Positions 51,436-64,000 of a stretch of DNA of 64,000 bases are shown here, piece by piece. Position numbers and translations under genes: made by a program. This stretch comes from Phoronis australis (taxonomy: Eukaryota; Animalia; Phoronida): contig NMRA01000451.1 of NCBI GenBank assembly GCA_002633005.1, forward strand, positions 228,892-292,891, in the 5' to 3' direction. Under the pieces are notes generated by a model. It made no database searches and was not told the origin of the DNA. It saw nothing but the letters and a program-made list of their open reading frames with translations. The number at the start of each line of letters is the position of its first letter. Position 1 is the first letter of the stretch.

Positions 51436-54400
51436 TCAGCCGTGGGACATCATCTTGGTAAACTCTGGAAATATGGAGAGAACGTGCCAGTTTATTTTGG
51501 ACCAAAAGGTTTTACCTGAAATTTCGTCTTTGTCAGGGTTGCTTCGCAGAAAGTCTCGTCTCTCGTCTGGTGTCAAAAACATCGATGCCCCCTAGATTCC
51601 CACTTATGGGGGCATTTCGTCGCTGGTTAGTTGTCGATATTGAGTTCTTACCGGAATCGATTTGGGGTTTAAAAACATCACAACGCCTACCGAATGAACT
51701 GGCATGTCAAGTCACACGCAATGCGTACACTCGTGCGCCATTTTTGGAATCACAATTTTGGGGTTGGGGAGATTTCTTCGTCTGAGGTTGATGAATCACC
51801 GTTCTGAGTAATGTTACCACCTGCTGCTGACAGCAAATTATCGTCTGTGAAACTCGCAATCAGGTCGACAGTAGAGGTGTTTTGTGCCCGCTTGCATGAA
51901 ACTAAGTTCCCTAAATTTTCTGCATATTTTTATCGTTTTTTGCTCATTGATGTGTTTTTTCTATCGTGTTTCTTTATTATGAGCTCCTCTTTGACCAATG
52001 TCATTTTCTAGTAATATAACAAAAAACTGAGCCCTTATACTTCAATCAAACTAATTAGGAGCTTTGTCCTTAAATTAAGGGCGTTGCATGAATACTCTCG
52101 AGTGTATCAAAGTCAACAACTGACTTAGTAATGAAACTAAAACAACACAACAAAAGACAATCAATCTTTTCACAAATCCGCAAAAACGCAGTCAAGTAAC
52201 CAACATAGTGGGAAGCATTTTTTTTTCAGCCATGACGTTATGCTCAATAAAAACTGGACAGAGCTCTTGTCTAAGAACAGTACTCGATAGCGTCAAAAAG
52301 GGGATTGTTTCTTGCTTTGTACTAGTCCAGAGTTTTGGGGCACGAACAGCCGTGATAAGCTAACGTGCGTAGGCTTACACTGTAGTGTAGATCGGCATGG
52401 TACCTCGCGTAAGAAAATAATTAATGTAATGGGTTTGCCATCCAAGTTGTCACCATGACAACGTTAAAGATATTCCTTCCGCTTCATTTCAGCTGAAAAC
52501 TTCATAAAATGGATTTTATTGCAGGTTCGTTCAGTCGAAACTGAAGCCCAACTAATGTTCATTCAACACAACTCCAAATATTTTCAAACTTATCTGAATT
52601 TACTATGAATTTTTCAGTTAATTTTTATTTTCGGTGTGCGCCACCAATTAAACTGGCCGCCGTGGTGAGTGACAGCTGACTCGTAGTTTATGAGTACTCA
52701 CTCATCTGTCGCCATATGAAATGTGGGTTCCACGGATTTCCGCCTATTTTTTAAAAAATTGAAAATTTCTAGCAAACACCGACTGACGAAACCCATCCTA
52801 TGTTCTAAATTGATGGATTTAACGTAAAGTCTAGCTTTTAGGGAAACACCTATGAAGAGTGATACTTTACTTTCTTTACGTACAACAGTAGGCGAGAGAG
52901 AGAGAGAACCAGAACGAGACTCTGGGGGAAACAACAAAAAAGTAAAAAACGATATGTAATTGCATGTGTACGTCGACGCCAATGCAGTCAATAAAAAATA
53001 AAACGTTAGCTGCTTATGAAAATTTTTCAAAATAAAGAAAAAGTAACCAACACTAACTAGGAAACGTTCCTAACTCGTTTTCAATTTTTGATCAAGTGCA
53101 CGTCACATACCCAAAGTCAGCAACTGAGGATTTTTACCAACCTTCAAAATCTACTCGGCCATCTCCGTTCGTGTCCGCCTCCCTTATCATCTCATCGATC
53201 TCTTCGTCCGTCAGTTTGGTTGTTTTACACAATGCCCTCATCACGTGCCTGAGCTCTGACGTGGGGATGAAACCGAGGCCGACTTTGTCAAACACTCGAA
53301 ATGCTTCTTTAACTTCCTGTTCGCTGTCATCTTCGGCTATGATTGTTTTTCGCGCCATCATTGTCAAGAACTCTGGGAAATCGATCACGCCATTCCCTGT
53401 CGCGAAATATTGCAACAACTATGATATCAATTACTTAACTACCAAATATGGTAGTATGATTGCTTGAGTTGATAAACAATTTATTTACTAGGCATCTCGT
53501 CCAAACAATTCGCATTTTAGCATGTTTGTCACAGGCGGTTCTAGAATGTCATAAGAGTGCCCAACCGCAATCGTTAAAGGAAAAATGTCCACGTAGCGTC
53601 TAAAAACGGCGTCGCCTTCTGTCCGCCAAAAATTGTGGATTTGTGTTACGGCTTGTTTGATATGATAAACATAAGCTTAGGAAGGTTTTCTTAAGGGGGT
53701 GAGCGAACAAATGACTGCACTTCTACCAGTTGACACCACAACCACCCCCACTCCATCGGCAAACAATTTAGTCCCCGCCTTTACCAATGTTGCCACCCCT
53801 CAAGGTTAACACCAGTTCCGTCCTCCTATCGTCGGCGTCAAAGGTGTGTCAGAACCTTCCATGTCTCCTGGATATGAGGGATCTGGAGACTGTTATATTT
53901 ATCCACTCGGCATATGTCATGAGAACTAGGCCTAAGGATTTTAAAAATTGTATAGAGTCTGTCTAACCATGAGCTGTGACGAAAGAAACCAATGAGTTCG
54001 ATGTCTGACAACTTTGCTGCTTCAACGAAGGCCTTGCAGTTTTACCACAATTCACGCTGGAGGTCTCGTCGCCGTTATTGGAAATCTTCGCGCCATAATA
54101 CCTATGCCTTCGGCTATTCATGCTTCACAATCTTCGTATTTGTAGAAATTTGACCCGCGTCGTGTGTGATCGTTTACAGCTCAACCTACAAAGCGCTGTA
54201 TTAGAACAACGCCAAATGAATGCCTAGAACTCCGTTACACTCCTTACCGTCGGCGTCGGCTTCATTAATCAGATCTTGAAGCTCCGCTTCTGTAGGGTTC
54301 TGTCCCAGTGACCTCATCACTGTTCCCAATTCTTTAGACGTGATTGTCCCACTCCCATCCTTATCAAACAGTACGAATGCTTCTTTAAATTCTGTAAAGT

Positions 54401-57400
54401 GGAGAAGCAGCTCATAAAGTTGCTGTTGTAAATTAAATCCTATTGTCCTAGTGTGACGTCACATCATACAGGTCCGTTTTTGTTGCCATTTTAGAAACAT
54501 CGCATATACATGTACAAGAAATCCAAGCAATAGTTGTTGGGAATTTTAAGCTCAATGACCACAGTTTGTGGTAATTATGAGACCTCCTTACAGGCACTTC
54601 AAATATTTCGATCGCCGAGAGACGAAATTTGTGTCGATTCATTGAAAGTATGGAATACATTGATATTCATAAACGATAGCATTTTTCTTTCGCAGTAAGA
54701 GTAAACTGTGAGTATATTTGTGCTTCGTATTCTGCGTTTTAGTTGGTCACAAGGAGGTATATGTCCCTTTAAAGGTCTTCAACTGTTGTAGTGCTTACAC
54801 AGTAGCCGAAGCTCAAAATTGTGCTGGAAACGTTGTAACGGGGACAGCTCTGGGGAAGCAAGGGCTATAATGAGTTATTTACTTGTCTAGGACTCGTTAG
54901 TACCCATGAAGTGTGGCCTATATTGAACACATTTGTCCTGCATTAACTGATGCTTTACGAGACGAGATATGTTGCGTAACAGTTACCTGTACTATTGATC
55001 AGGAATTCGATTTCAAATTACATCTTACACCTTTTACATAGCCTACACATGCGTTCGTCTTAAGTTTAAAAAAATTGATTTCTATTAATTTTTCTATCTC
55101 TTTAAGGCCGTATTCGTGAACGTCTACCAGTCACTCACAGTGTCTGTACATGTATACACTTGTAGTCTAAACATCCATGCAATGCATGTGCAAGTTGTCC
55201 CAAAAATGTTAACAGAAGTATTTTAAGACATGAGATGTTGGTTTTACAAACTGTTCTTATGGAATTCCAGATTTGTTTTCAATGCACAGAAGCTAGAAAG
55301 GGTGCTGCAGTTTATTCCTGTTACAGAGAGCAAAAACTGTCGAGTTTTGGTACTAAACGCAAACAGTTGCGCAACTCTACCACAGATGTAGAAGATTTTT
55401 CAGCAAAGCTGAACAGTTAACAGATGAACTGCTCCTGTGTTTTCTGCAACCGAAATTGTGTAGTTGTGAATGAGACGTACTCCCGCTGTGGGCCGTGTAA
55501 AGGTTGTAAGAGCGGGGTCAGGTGTACAGAGTCTGAGCAAATACGTTCGTCGTTTATCTTCAATTAGAGTCAACTATGGCGTGTTATGTGCTGCAAAATT
55601 CAATGTTTTCAAAATTTATGTTTGATAAGATTATATATATTTAATTTTGATTACTTTTGTATTCAATGTTTTGAAAATATATGTTTATTGTTATTATATT
55701 TATTCAATCTATTTATATTTGTGTTCGATAATGTCATGTTTTCGTTCTGTGTTAATCAGTCCAGTTATATTCGATAAAGAAACTCTCAAAAAATGTTAAC
55801 ATCAAATAAACAAAGGATATAATCAAATATGAATATAAGGTATCGAATACATATAATAACATCGAACATATTTTGAACATTGAATTTTGCTTTACATAAA
55901 ACGCCACCTACGTCATTTTAATAATTTCTGTGTTCATGCAAATGAAACTGGGATTTCTGGAATAGGAAAACATCATTTGTTCCCAGCAGATTCATTTTCT
56001 GGTATTCATATTTTAAAGTATTTTTGTTTTGATTTTGAGGCATCAAATACATTGAGTTGCATTTGTTATCCAAACACCTTGCTTTACTGTCAGTTGAACA
56101 AGCGCTTCAGATTTAACAAATTTTCCTTTATGAAAGTGTTGATTTTAAGCTACCGAGCAAAGTATCCCAAATTTTCTCATGTATCACTTCCTCAAATTTC
56201 ACCATTTTACACTGTTTCACCTTTGCACCTACCAGTCTGGTATCTTTGAAGCACCAATATATCTCACCGACTTCGAAAATATCTAAATTATTTTGTTCTT
56301 AAATAACTCCACCACAGTTAAGCGCGCGTGAGCAAAAGCTCTTATTGTGCAATATTATCGGAGCATGAGTCATATACTGTTGTTTTACTACATGCCTAGC
56401 TGTAAATAGTTTCTTTTGTAGCATTAGCAAATACTTCTGTATTTCCATGGTTACCAACACATGCGCCAATGTTCTACCCGGTTTATTTGTACTCTCACCA
56501 ATGTAAAATAAATTGCCGGTGTTTAACGATAAGTGGAACCACTTACAAGGTAAGGTGGGAAAAGATGTCTCCCCTAAGAATAAATTGTTTGATCCGCAAA
56601 AACTGGTCTATACCCTCAAAATTTAGGCTTATGTAGGAACCCAAATGGCCAAATTTGGCCATCTTAGGAGCATTATATCTCAGAAACGGATGATCTGATT
56701 CATTTGATACTTTCAAATACTATGCTTCACACATTGTTCTCCAAAACCTTGTTAGGAATTGTTTTTAAAATGTCCCATTTTTGCATGCGACATTATGAAA
56801 ACGTGACTTTTATGATTTTCATGAGAATCTCCAAATTTGTATAAAACGAAAATGAACTGATAATTTAGAGATTTCATCTTGGATACTTACATCAAACAAA
56901 ATTTGATCACGTTATTGATATTATTGTTTTGCTAAATTTTGCCATAGATTTTAGACAACAGATTCGTAACTCCGTCGTTTTCTTGCGTACTATTCTAGAG
57001 GAGACGCCACTCTCCTAAATTACCTGTTTCAGTTTCCGGTTAGTGTTGTGACGACACAACAGCCGACCATGATTAGCAGACGACGTACTTGCCGGAAATA
57101 AAACCAGATAATTTGGCCAGGTGTCGCTAGAGAATAATGACGTCATTGCTTCTGTAAGCGCACAGATTTCGTCCATTGAAAGTATACGGAGTTGGCGGTC
57201 CGTGTACTATAGTCTATGTTTTTAGTATGAAGACATAGTCACGTTACCCAAGTACTGGCAGACTGCCAAAAAGTCAAAAATTACTGTTACATTTGACACC
57301 CGAGAAAAAAATGCACATTGTGAGAAAAGAATTTGTGAGAAAAGAAATATGTTAATGAGAACGCATTTGCGGTTCGAGACGGGGGAAAATTGAATGGTTG

Positions 57401-58741
57401 TAGTGGAATGGGGTTATTAACATATCTCAATGACATTTTGTTGTTTTTTTAAAGGACAAAGGTTGTTTTAAAGCACCTTGGTGCAATATGGTCCCATTTT
57501 CTACTTATATCAAGTGAGCTGTCTTTAAAATGTTTTCAATACATAAAAGCAGATATTGAATTCTTCCGGATCGGTAAAATTGTAGTTAAGGGTTGGTGAA
57601 ACACTGTCTGACTGCGATTGTCTGCTTAGGGAACGACCGTTAAGTCAAAATTGCACGTTTGCACCGCCTTAAAATGCGCTATCTAAGTTCGGCGTCAAAT
57701 CTCAATTTCAGTTTGCTTTTTGTATTTTCCGTTGTACGTGGATGGATACTCTTTATGACCCCAGCAGTAAAGCTATAATTTCAAGACTGAACTCATAAAA
57801 TCTGGAGTCTAGGGATCATCAAATGCAAAACTTGACAAGAAAATCATTAGAACATAGGCCTCCTTGAGCAAACGATCATATGCGACTTTGCTGACTACAG
57901 ACCGTTTTACCTCAACGGTGCGTCCTGCCCCACCAGACCTTACGAGAAAGAACGAGTCGGGGACCGGGAGAGCGGTCTACTGTCAATGTGTTCTCCCAGC
58001 TCTGAGAACAACTTGGTCTCTAAATCAAACTTCATTTGTTATGTTTGTCTGTGCCATTCGCATCGTGCTCTCGTAAAGCATTTATCCAAAAATGTGCTCT
58101 TCGCGTGATCACTTTCTCTCCCACTGCTTGTACATGTATTATTAGTGACGTGACAATCAATCTCCCCGCGATACAACTTAATCAATGAGTCTTTCAGCCT
58201 CCGTCTGAACTAAACATGCACTCAGAAAGGGGACAAACTTGTCAACGTATAGAACAGCCATGTCGATAGGGCTTGCTGTGCGTTATTCGTCGCGATAGGC
58301 GTTTCGTGCCTGTGTGATGAGAGTTACACCACTGCTGAGCTAGTGTCTCAACACAAAAAGGGCATTTTGGAAAGGGCGTGCAATGACAAATAATCCATGA
58401 ATATCTAAAATATAACTGAGTTATTGTTAGTATGATGATATTAAGGCATAGCCGCTCGGGGCACGGTCGTGTTCAACAGAACGCTGTCCTTAATACAGAC
58501 GTAATAAATACGTATGTTGAGAAGAGTGATAAATATTTTACGTCTGTCTATTTTTTCATATTTCATCAATAGAGGATACTGTTAGATCACGTGTAAAGCG
58601 TTTATTCAATTATGGTTGTCAGAAATCGATATAATGTTTTGAAGCAAGCAATACACTTTGAATCGTTTGTAAAATTGAACTGCAAGTTGACTAAGTGTTT
58701 TACAAACCTGCAATCTGTTCTTCTGTAAGATTCTGTATATC
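51436..58741 (-). CDS. Divergent calmodulin-like paralog B (about 154 aa; degenerate EF-hand 3); ATG exon probably at 63716-63714
   Basis: Exons 58741-58708 ([11 protein letters not shown]), 54391-54248 ([48 protein letters not shown]), 53396-53142 ([61 protein letters not shown]), 51464-51436 (EFTKMMSHG*). All are GT-AG, in phase, with no stops. Candidate first exon gtcATG|gtatgt at 63716-63714. Confidence 0.88.
55577..55906. mobile_element. AT-rich foldback MITE
   Basis: tggcgtgttatgtgctgcaaaattcaatgttttcaaaatttatgtttgat is inverted at atcgaacatattttgaacattgaattttgctttacataaaacgcca, with internal subrepeats. Confidence 0.65.
56943..57216. mobile_element. Degenerate MITE with ATAGA..TCTAT ends
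   Basis: atagattttagacaacagattcgtaactccgt versus the reverse complement of acggagttggcggtccgtgtactatagtctat. Confidence 0.45.
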
Positions 58742-58772
58742 CTGTAAAATGTCAACAAAAAATGTAATAGTG

Positions 58773-59000
58773 CTTACATCACATAGCACAGGGGGTACAT
58801 GTGATCTAGCCTACCTATTGTTTATATTACTAAACACACAGGGTACATGTGATCTAGCCTACCTAGTGTTTACATCACTAAACACAGAGGTTACATGTGA
58901 TCTAGCCTATTTAATGTTTACATCACTAAACAGAGGGTACATGTGATCTAGCCTATCTAGTGTTTACATCACTAAACACAGAGAGCGTGCGTGACCTACC
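58773..59000. repeat. 48-bp tandem repeat (about 4.5 units)
   Basis: Unit gggtacatgtgatctagcctacctagtgtttacatcactaaacacaga, starting about 30 bp from the paralog B exon-2 acceptor. Confidence 0.9.
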
Positions 59001-60789
59001 TTGTGTTTTTCTGAAACCTTCACCAATGTTTTGTCCGCGCAAAACAGTGCAACATACACGGTTTCATAGTCAAGTGGTTAAATAAGGTGTTATAGATTCA
59101 ATTCTTTGATCAGAGAAATCTGCAAGAATACTGACTTCCTTTTGAACAAATGAAATCAGGCGTTGTTATTTTGCATGCAAGTTCGCATTTGACAATAAAC
59201 AATTTGCTCGTCGAGTTGCCTGTGAGGGCGAAGTGCGTTTTTGATGATGACCTGTAGGGGATTGAAAACCGGATTGCCTTATGAGACAAAAGGCGCGCGA
59301 TGCAAATTAGACCGTGAAAAGTCGAGGTAAAAACAACCAGTTTTGAGCATCATTTGCACCTAACCTAATTAGCATTGGTGTTGCTTTAAACAAGAAATGC
59401 TAATTTCCCAAAATGAGTTGCTTTCCAGAACTCGGTGGGTGAATTTATTGAATATATATGGCAATTTTTCTGTCTGTGAAGGAAAAAATGTTATTGAATA
59501 TTGTCCGAACGGTTGAACGATGGTGACGAAATCTCGGCGAGTTATCAAAAGATTTTACAGTGAACTCAGAGAGATAAACATCGAATTCCAGTATCGAAAC
59601 ACCAGAAGGTCACTTTTGAGTGTATTTACTAAATATGCCGGACCACTAAGCAGTGGACTCTTATTTGTCTAACATGGAAACTGGTGTCCAATCGATAGAA
59701 AAGGCGAACCCAATTACTCTCTGCAGTTGTTCACAATCCGATGTCTAGACGAAACATCCCAAATCCTAGTCTTGCCTCACATTCTTCGACGTATAGCTTA
59801 GATAGCATCTCGCGAAAGTGCAAACAATAAGAAGTATAACCCACTGTTGTCCAGTTTTTGTTTGTCTTAATATTAACCTTTTTGGTTTCGCCGTTTGCGC
59901 TTTTTGGTAAAACTGGAAAAATGTTGGTGGTTACTCAGAACTAATGTTGCGTCAGCGCTTAATATGTGATTTCCCAACTATGCAGGCAAATCCCAATAAT
60001 AGAAAAGATTGTCACAGCTGTCATTTGTCATAAAACTGAGATCAATACACAACATATTGATCTAAGCACCATTTTCACGTTCTACACTGTAGGTAAATTG
60101 TAACTTGAAACTTTATCGGCTAAATAATTCGATAGCTTTATTACGTCATATATTCATAGTGCAGGTGTTGCCATGGTAATGTCCCAGCGGTTGTCCTGGA
60201 AATAGTTGCATGAGAGCTGAACGATCTCCATAATTGGCCTATGGAAGACAATTACTAGAGACCTAGTAGACAATTACCGAAAAACTACTTACCGTGTTCG
60301 TTTTTATGACGAACTTTCTGCTAACACACCTTTGTTTCATTGCGGATATTATTAATAAACGCAAATATTGATGTTCTATATGTGATAGGAAAGGGTATTG
60401 TACGATAGAAATTATGTTTGTTTTAAGTACACGTCTGATAAATAAAGAAGTACATTTCAACAAGTACAAACAGATTTTATTGGAGTTGTAAAAAGTTTTT
60501 GACAAGGTATGGTGAGATGAGCCATAGTATAGGTGATAAGGCCGATGTTTTACAATCCGTATATGAAAAATTTAAGTCTTGTGTCCACTCACATTGTTAC
60601 ATGTTGTTTTCAATGTTCCTTAGGGATAACTATGCGTCAGGGATGTCAATTTTCACCTTTTCACTTTCATTGTGTTTAAATGATTTGGAAATGGAATTTA
60701 GTAAAACCCGAGATTCAACAGTAAATATTAATTTTAAATTAATAATATATCAAAATATATTCAAAATGTCTAATGGACGACATCTTATT

Positions 60790-61460
60790 TTCAGAAACTG
60801 CATAATGATGAAAAGACTGATAAATAACCTGAGAGTTGTTGTCAAAAGTGGATGTCATATTTCAACGTCATCAAAACCAAGATGGTGGTTTTCAGAAATG
60901 ACGGATATTTAGGTCAAGGCGAAAAGTGGTCAATTTTGGTTATAGAATTGACGTAGTCCCAAACTATTGTTATCTAGGAATATATTTTCTTCTATAATAC
61001 CTCAGAAAAATCGTGCACGCAAGGCATTTGAAGCTTTGTTTCCGTGGAAACAAATTGAGATGTGGTTGAAAATGTTCGAGTCAAATGTTTTACCTATCCT
61101 AGTGTATGAATGTAAAATTTGATTGTTTTACTATAGTCCTAACATGGAAATAGTGTATAATTTTTTGAAAATTAATATCGTTAGGTTTTGGGCCAAGTTC
61201 CTCAAATGTTGCAGTACGTGGAGAGCTTGGAAAGAGACCTATTTGATCACGAAGATATGGCAACAACACAAATGATGTGAAAGCTCAGGATACAGATACA
61301 TTAGAATTTGTTATAATCTTCCATTTCAAACTGCAGAACAAGGAAAAGCTTGTTAAGGACTTATTTACTTTAGGGTTTGGTTCTGTCTGGATAAGTCAAG
61401 GTGTAGTCAATGAATTTTCTTTCGTAAATGAGTTTCGACAGAGGTGTCATAATTTGGACC
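60790..61460 (+). mobile_element. Decayed non-LTR retrotransposon (LINE) ORF2 fragment, C-terminal RT/thumb region
   Basis: Broken-frame peptides CCQKWMSYFNVIKTKMVVFRNDG, IDVVPNYCYLGIYF, KMFESNVLPILVYECKI*, SNVAVRGELG and VKDLFTLGFGSVWISQGV..FRQR match LINE motifs (KTKxM, YKYLG, PILxYGxExW, ELG). Confidence 0.75.
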
Positions 61461-61891
61461 AGTACTACAGCTGGTATAGGCCTACCTATTTGTCGAGCAA
61501 ATTAAGTCTTGATTTGTGCTCATTGTTTAAGAAACAACTTAGTTATAGAAAGATGACTTAAAAATCAATCAAAAGTAAGCATTCCCAATGATAGGCGAAT
61601 GTTTCAAGAGCATGCTCGAGCCCTTACAAGTGTATCCAAGCAAAATGTCGGCCACTTGAGTGGTCATGGTTGATGAGGCTGGGGTGTTGAATTGTGGGAT
61701 AAAATTCGTTCCATAAGCGAAGAATTATGGCCTCAAGTGTCCTGGCGTCTACGGAACGCGGCCCAGGCTCCCCGCATTTGCATTACCGGTGAATGACTCG
61801 TTTTACTTGATAAAGTTATTACGTCTGTGAAGAAAGTTGCTTTAACATCAGAACACGGTTTTTATAGCGGCTTCGAAACTGAGTAGCTAGG

Positions 61892-62108
61892 TCAAATCGA
61901 GTAATTATGCCAAACCGAGTAACTATGCCAAACCGAGTAACTATGTCAAACCGAGTAACTATGTCACTCAAACCGAGTAACTATGTCACTGAAACCGAGT
62001 AACTATGTCAAACCGAGTAACTATGTCACTGAAACCGAGTAACTATGTCAAACCGAGTAACTATGTCAAACCGAGTAATTATGGCATGCTGAGTAACTGT
62101 GTCAAACC
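61892..62108. repeat. 18/22-bp minisatellite (about 11 units)
   Basis: Unit aaaccgagtaactatgtc, with some units carrying a 4-bp actg/actc insertion. Confidence 0.93.
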
Positions 62109-62290
62109 ATGTATGTTAAATACCACTGACCACTGAAGAGGGAACATGAACACAGATGTTGCACTCAAGAAACCATTGTTCCTCACTTAAAAGTTCAGTT
62201 CGCTGATGGATCGCCAAACTCGATGCACGGAATCTAGAAAACTAGAAAACTCAGTTCGCAAACTCGTGCTCGGGCTCATCAACACGGCTC

Positions 62291-62390
62291 ACGACCCCCT
62301 CGACCCCCACACCCCTCCACCCTCACACCCCGCCACCCCACGCCCCTCGACCCACAACCCCCTCGACCCACGACCCCTCGATCCACGACC
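62291..62390. repeat. C-rich simple repeat
   Basis: Degenerate (cccctcgacccacga)n. Confidence 0.75.
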
Positions 62391-62448
62391 TGTGGTATTT
62401 TTGCGCAGAGTGAATTTCCCATAAGACATACCCACATGCGAGTCTCCC

Positions 62449-63050
62449 CCTCACTGGTTACCTGCGAACCGCCAGGTGGAAGCCAGCACGTACGTAGGGT
62501 CGCTGGTTCCCTGCGTACCGTTAGGTGGTAGCCAGCACGCAGGCGTTTGTTTGGCTGGCCGAATTCTCAACAGGCATCGCTTTACGCAAACAAACTGGCA
62601 TGATTGATGGAGGAAGTGTAAATGTGGTCTGTTGTACAGACAAATTGGTGCTTAAAATTCTTGTTCATGAAATGTGGATCCCAGAAAATTGTGGTTGCTC
62701 CTTTTCGGATTGCATCTTTCTACTGTCGCTGACTGTTGTTTACTTTGCTGTCCTGAATTCGTACAGTTTGAATAACATACCAGTTAAATCGGCCAGCTGA
62801 CGGCGTGTTTATTGTACATGCATTTGCTTCAAGCACGCGGCTATTAAACATTAGGCCTACTGCAGAAACGAAATAGTTGCTGCTACGCCACTTGCATGAC
62901 AAGGCTAAAAGTCGTTCATAGTCCGTCATTATCTCACTTTGGTGTAAAGCTAACCAATGACTGTCGAGGTTACATCAGCCAATGATAAAGCGCGTGCTAC
63001 CGCCTGCTACCTGCGTGCTGACTACCAAACGGCACGCGGAACCAGCGAGG
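62449..63050. mobile_element. MITE with 8-bp target-site duplication
   Basis: AGTCTCCC|cctcactggtt.. and ..aaccagcgagg|AGTCTCCC. The left terminal unit (about 50 bp) is tandemly duplicated. Confidence 0.8.
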
Positions 63051-64000
63051 AGTCTCCCTTTGCTCAAGTCTGGTGATTACAAAAACAGAAAGTGGCGTAA
63101 GAGCGTGATCTGAAATAGCGCATTATGAGCGCGCTATCGTTGTCACGGAAAAAGCTCCACGAGCGGCTACCAATCGCCCAGTTCTACTAAATGTAGGAAG
63201 AGAGTACGTTAACGTGAATCTACATAATTTTGCATTTTTATTATTTGCTTTCTGTTGTATACTCATTCACAATATACTCCATATAACGTTGAAGTAGTTT
63301 TTAGTTAACAGTTTGTTTTTTCAAACTGTATTTACTGATGAAATTACAGTTTTGTCGGATCCTCGCACTCTCCCCAAAAAGGTTGGATCTGCCATTCCCT
63401 GAAAAGCAGACAAGACGATTACACTCTGCTGGGAACGACATTTGTAACGTTGGTAGGTCTTTGATTTGGTCGCGTTTTTTTCTGTTTTTGTCTTTTAAAC
63501 TTGCCAAATCGACACCATTAAAAGGAGAAAAGCCAGCCGATCTCACGGCCCAACTCATTGGTCCTGTTAGGCAATTACATCTCCCTGAATGCTGCAGTGC
63601 AGGCATACAGGGGCTATAGTACATCCTCATAAAAAGATACTCATTTCAAAATACATTAAATAAAATCGAATGAAACATGCATATAGGCACGTGGGGTTAT
63701 AATTAAGACATACCATGACTCTGGATACAATTTAGTCAGCATAACTTGAACATATCCATGAAAATCTGTTGCGGTTTGCGAGAGTTTCTCTTACCAGGCG
63801 CCATTTTGAGGAAGTTACGTGAAATCAAATCGAAGTCAGGTTACAGAAATTCCGTGTAATTTATTTACTTATCATTAATTCAACTTTGTTTGGATAATGG
63901 CCATGGTCATTACCCCCATTAGCTTTCGATGGCAAAAAAATATGTTCGTGGATATCGACAACTTGGTCTATAAACATATATTAGACATTCAAAGCGTTTA

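Noticed and set aside
51510-52010. Extra coding exon in the last intron of paralog B
   Set aside because: Some protein-like stretches on the minus strand, but all three frames contain stops and no consistent splice pair was found.
32876-58741. Labelling either paralog as canonical calmodulin (CALM)
   Set aside because: Both are too divergent from the near-invariant canonical sequence, so no gene symbol was assigned.
61892-62108. 18/22-bp array as CRISPR or iteron-like system
   Set aside because: No spacers; an ordinary minisatellite.

Overview
Intron-rich, AT-rich animal genomic DNA with GT-AG splicing and one assembly gap (19536-19834). It is probably from a marine invertebrate, which is an inference from gene and repeat content. 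Reading exons by hand gives a calcium-signalling gene neighbourhood. It contains a six-exon calexcitin/sarcoplasmic Ca-binding protein (+, 398-5791), CALML4 (-, 16001-20606) head-to-head with neudesin/NENF (+, 20934-28167), and two tandem divergent calmodulin paralogs on the minus strand. Paralog A (32876-41457) has four intact EF loops; paralog B (51436-58741) has a degenerate EF3 and short insertions. An intronless coiled-coil ORF of about 368-404 aa (31390-32604) lies just behind the 3' end of paralog A, with its own poly(A) signals and an in-frame phase-0 splice acceptor. The rest is MITEs, TTAA-flanked Kolobok-like elements (one with a THAP relic), a LINE relic, a tRNA-like SINE head and minisatellites. 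Most short ORFs in the supplied track are spurious.
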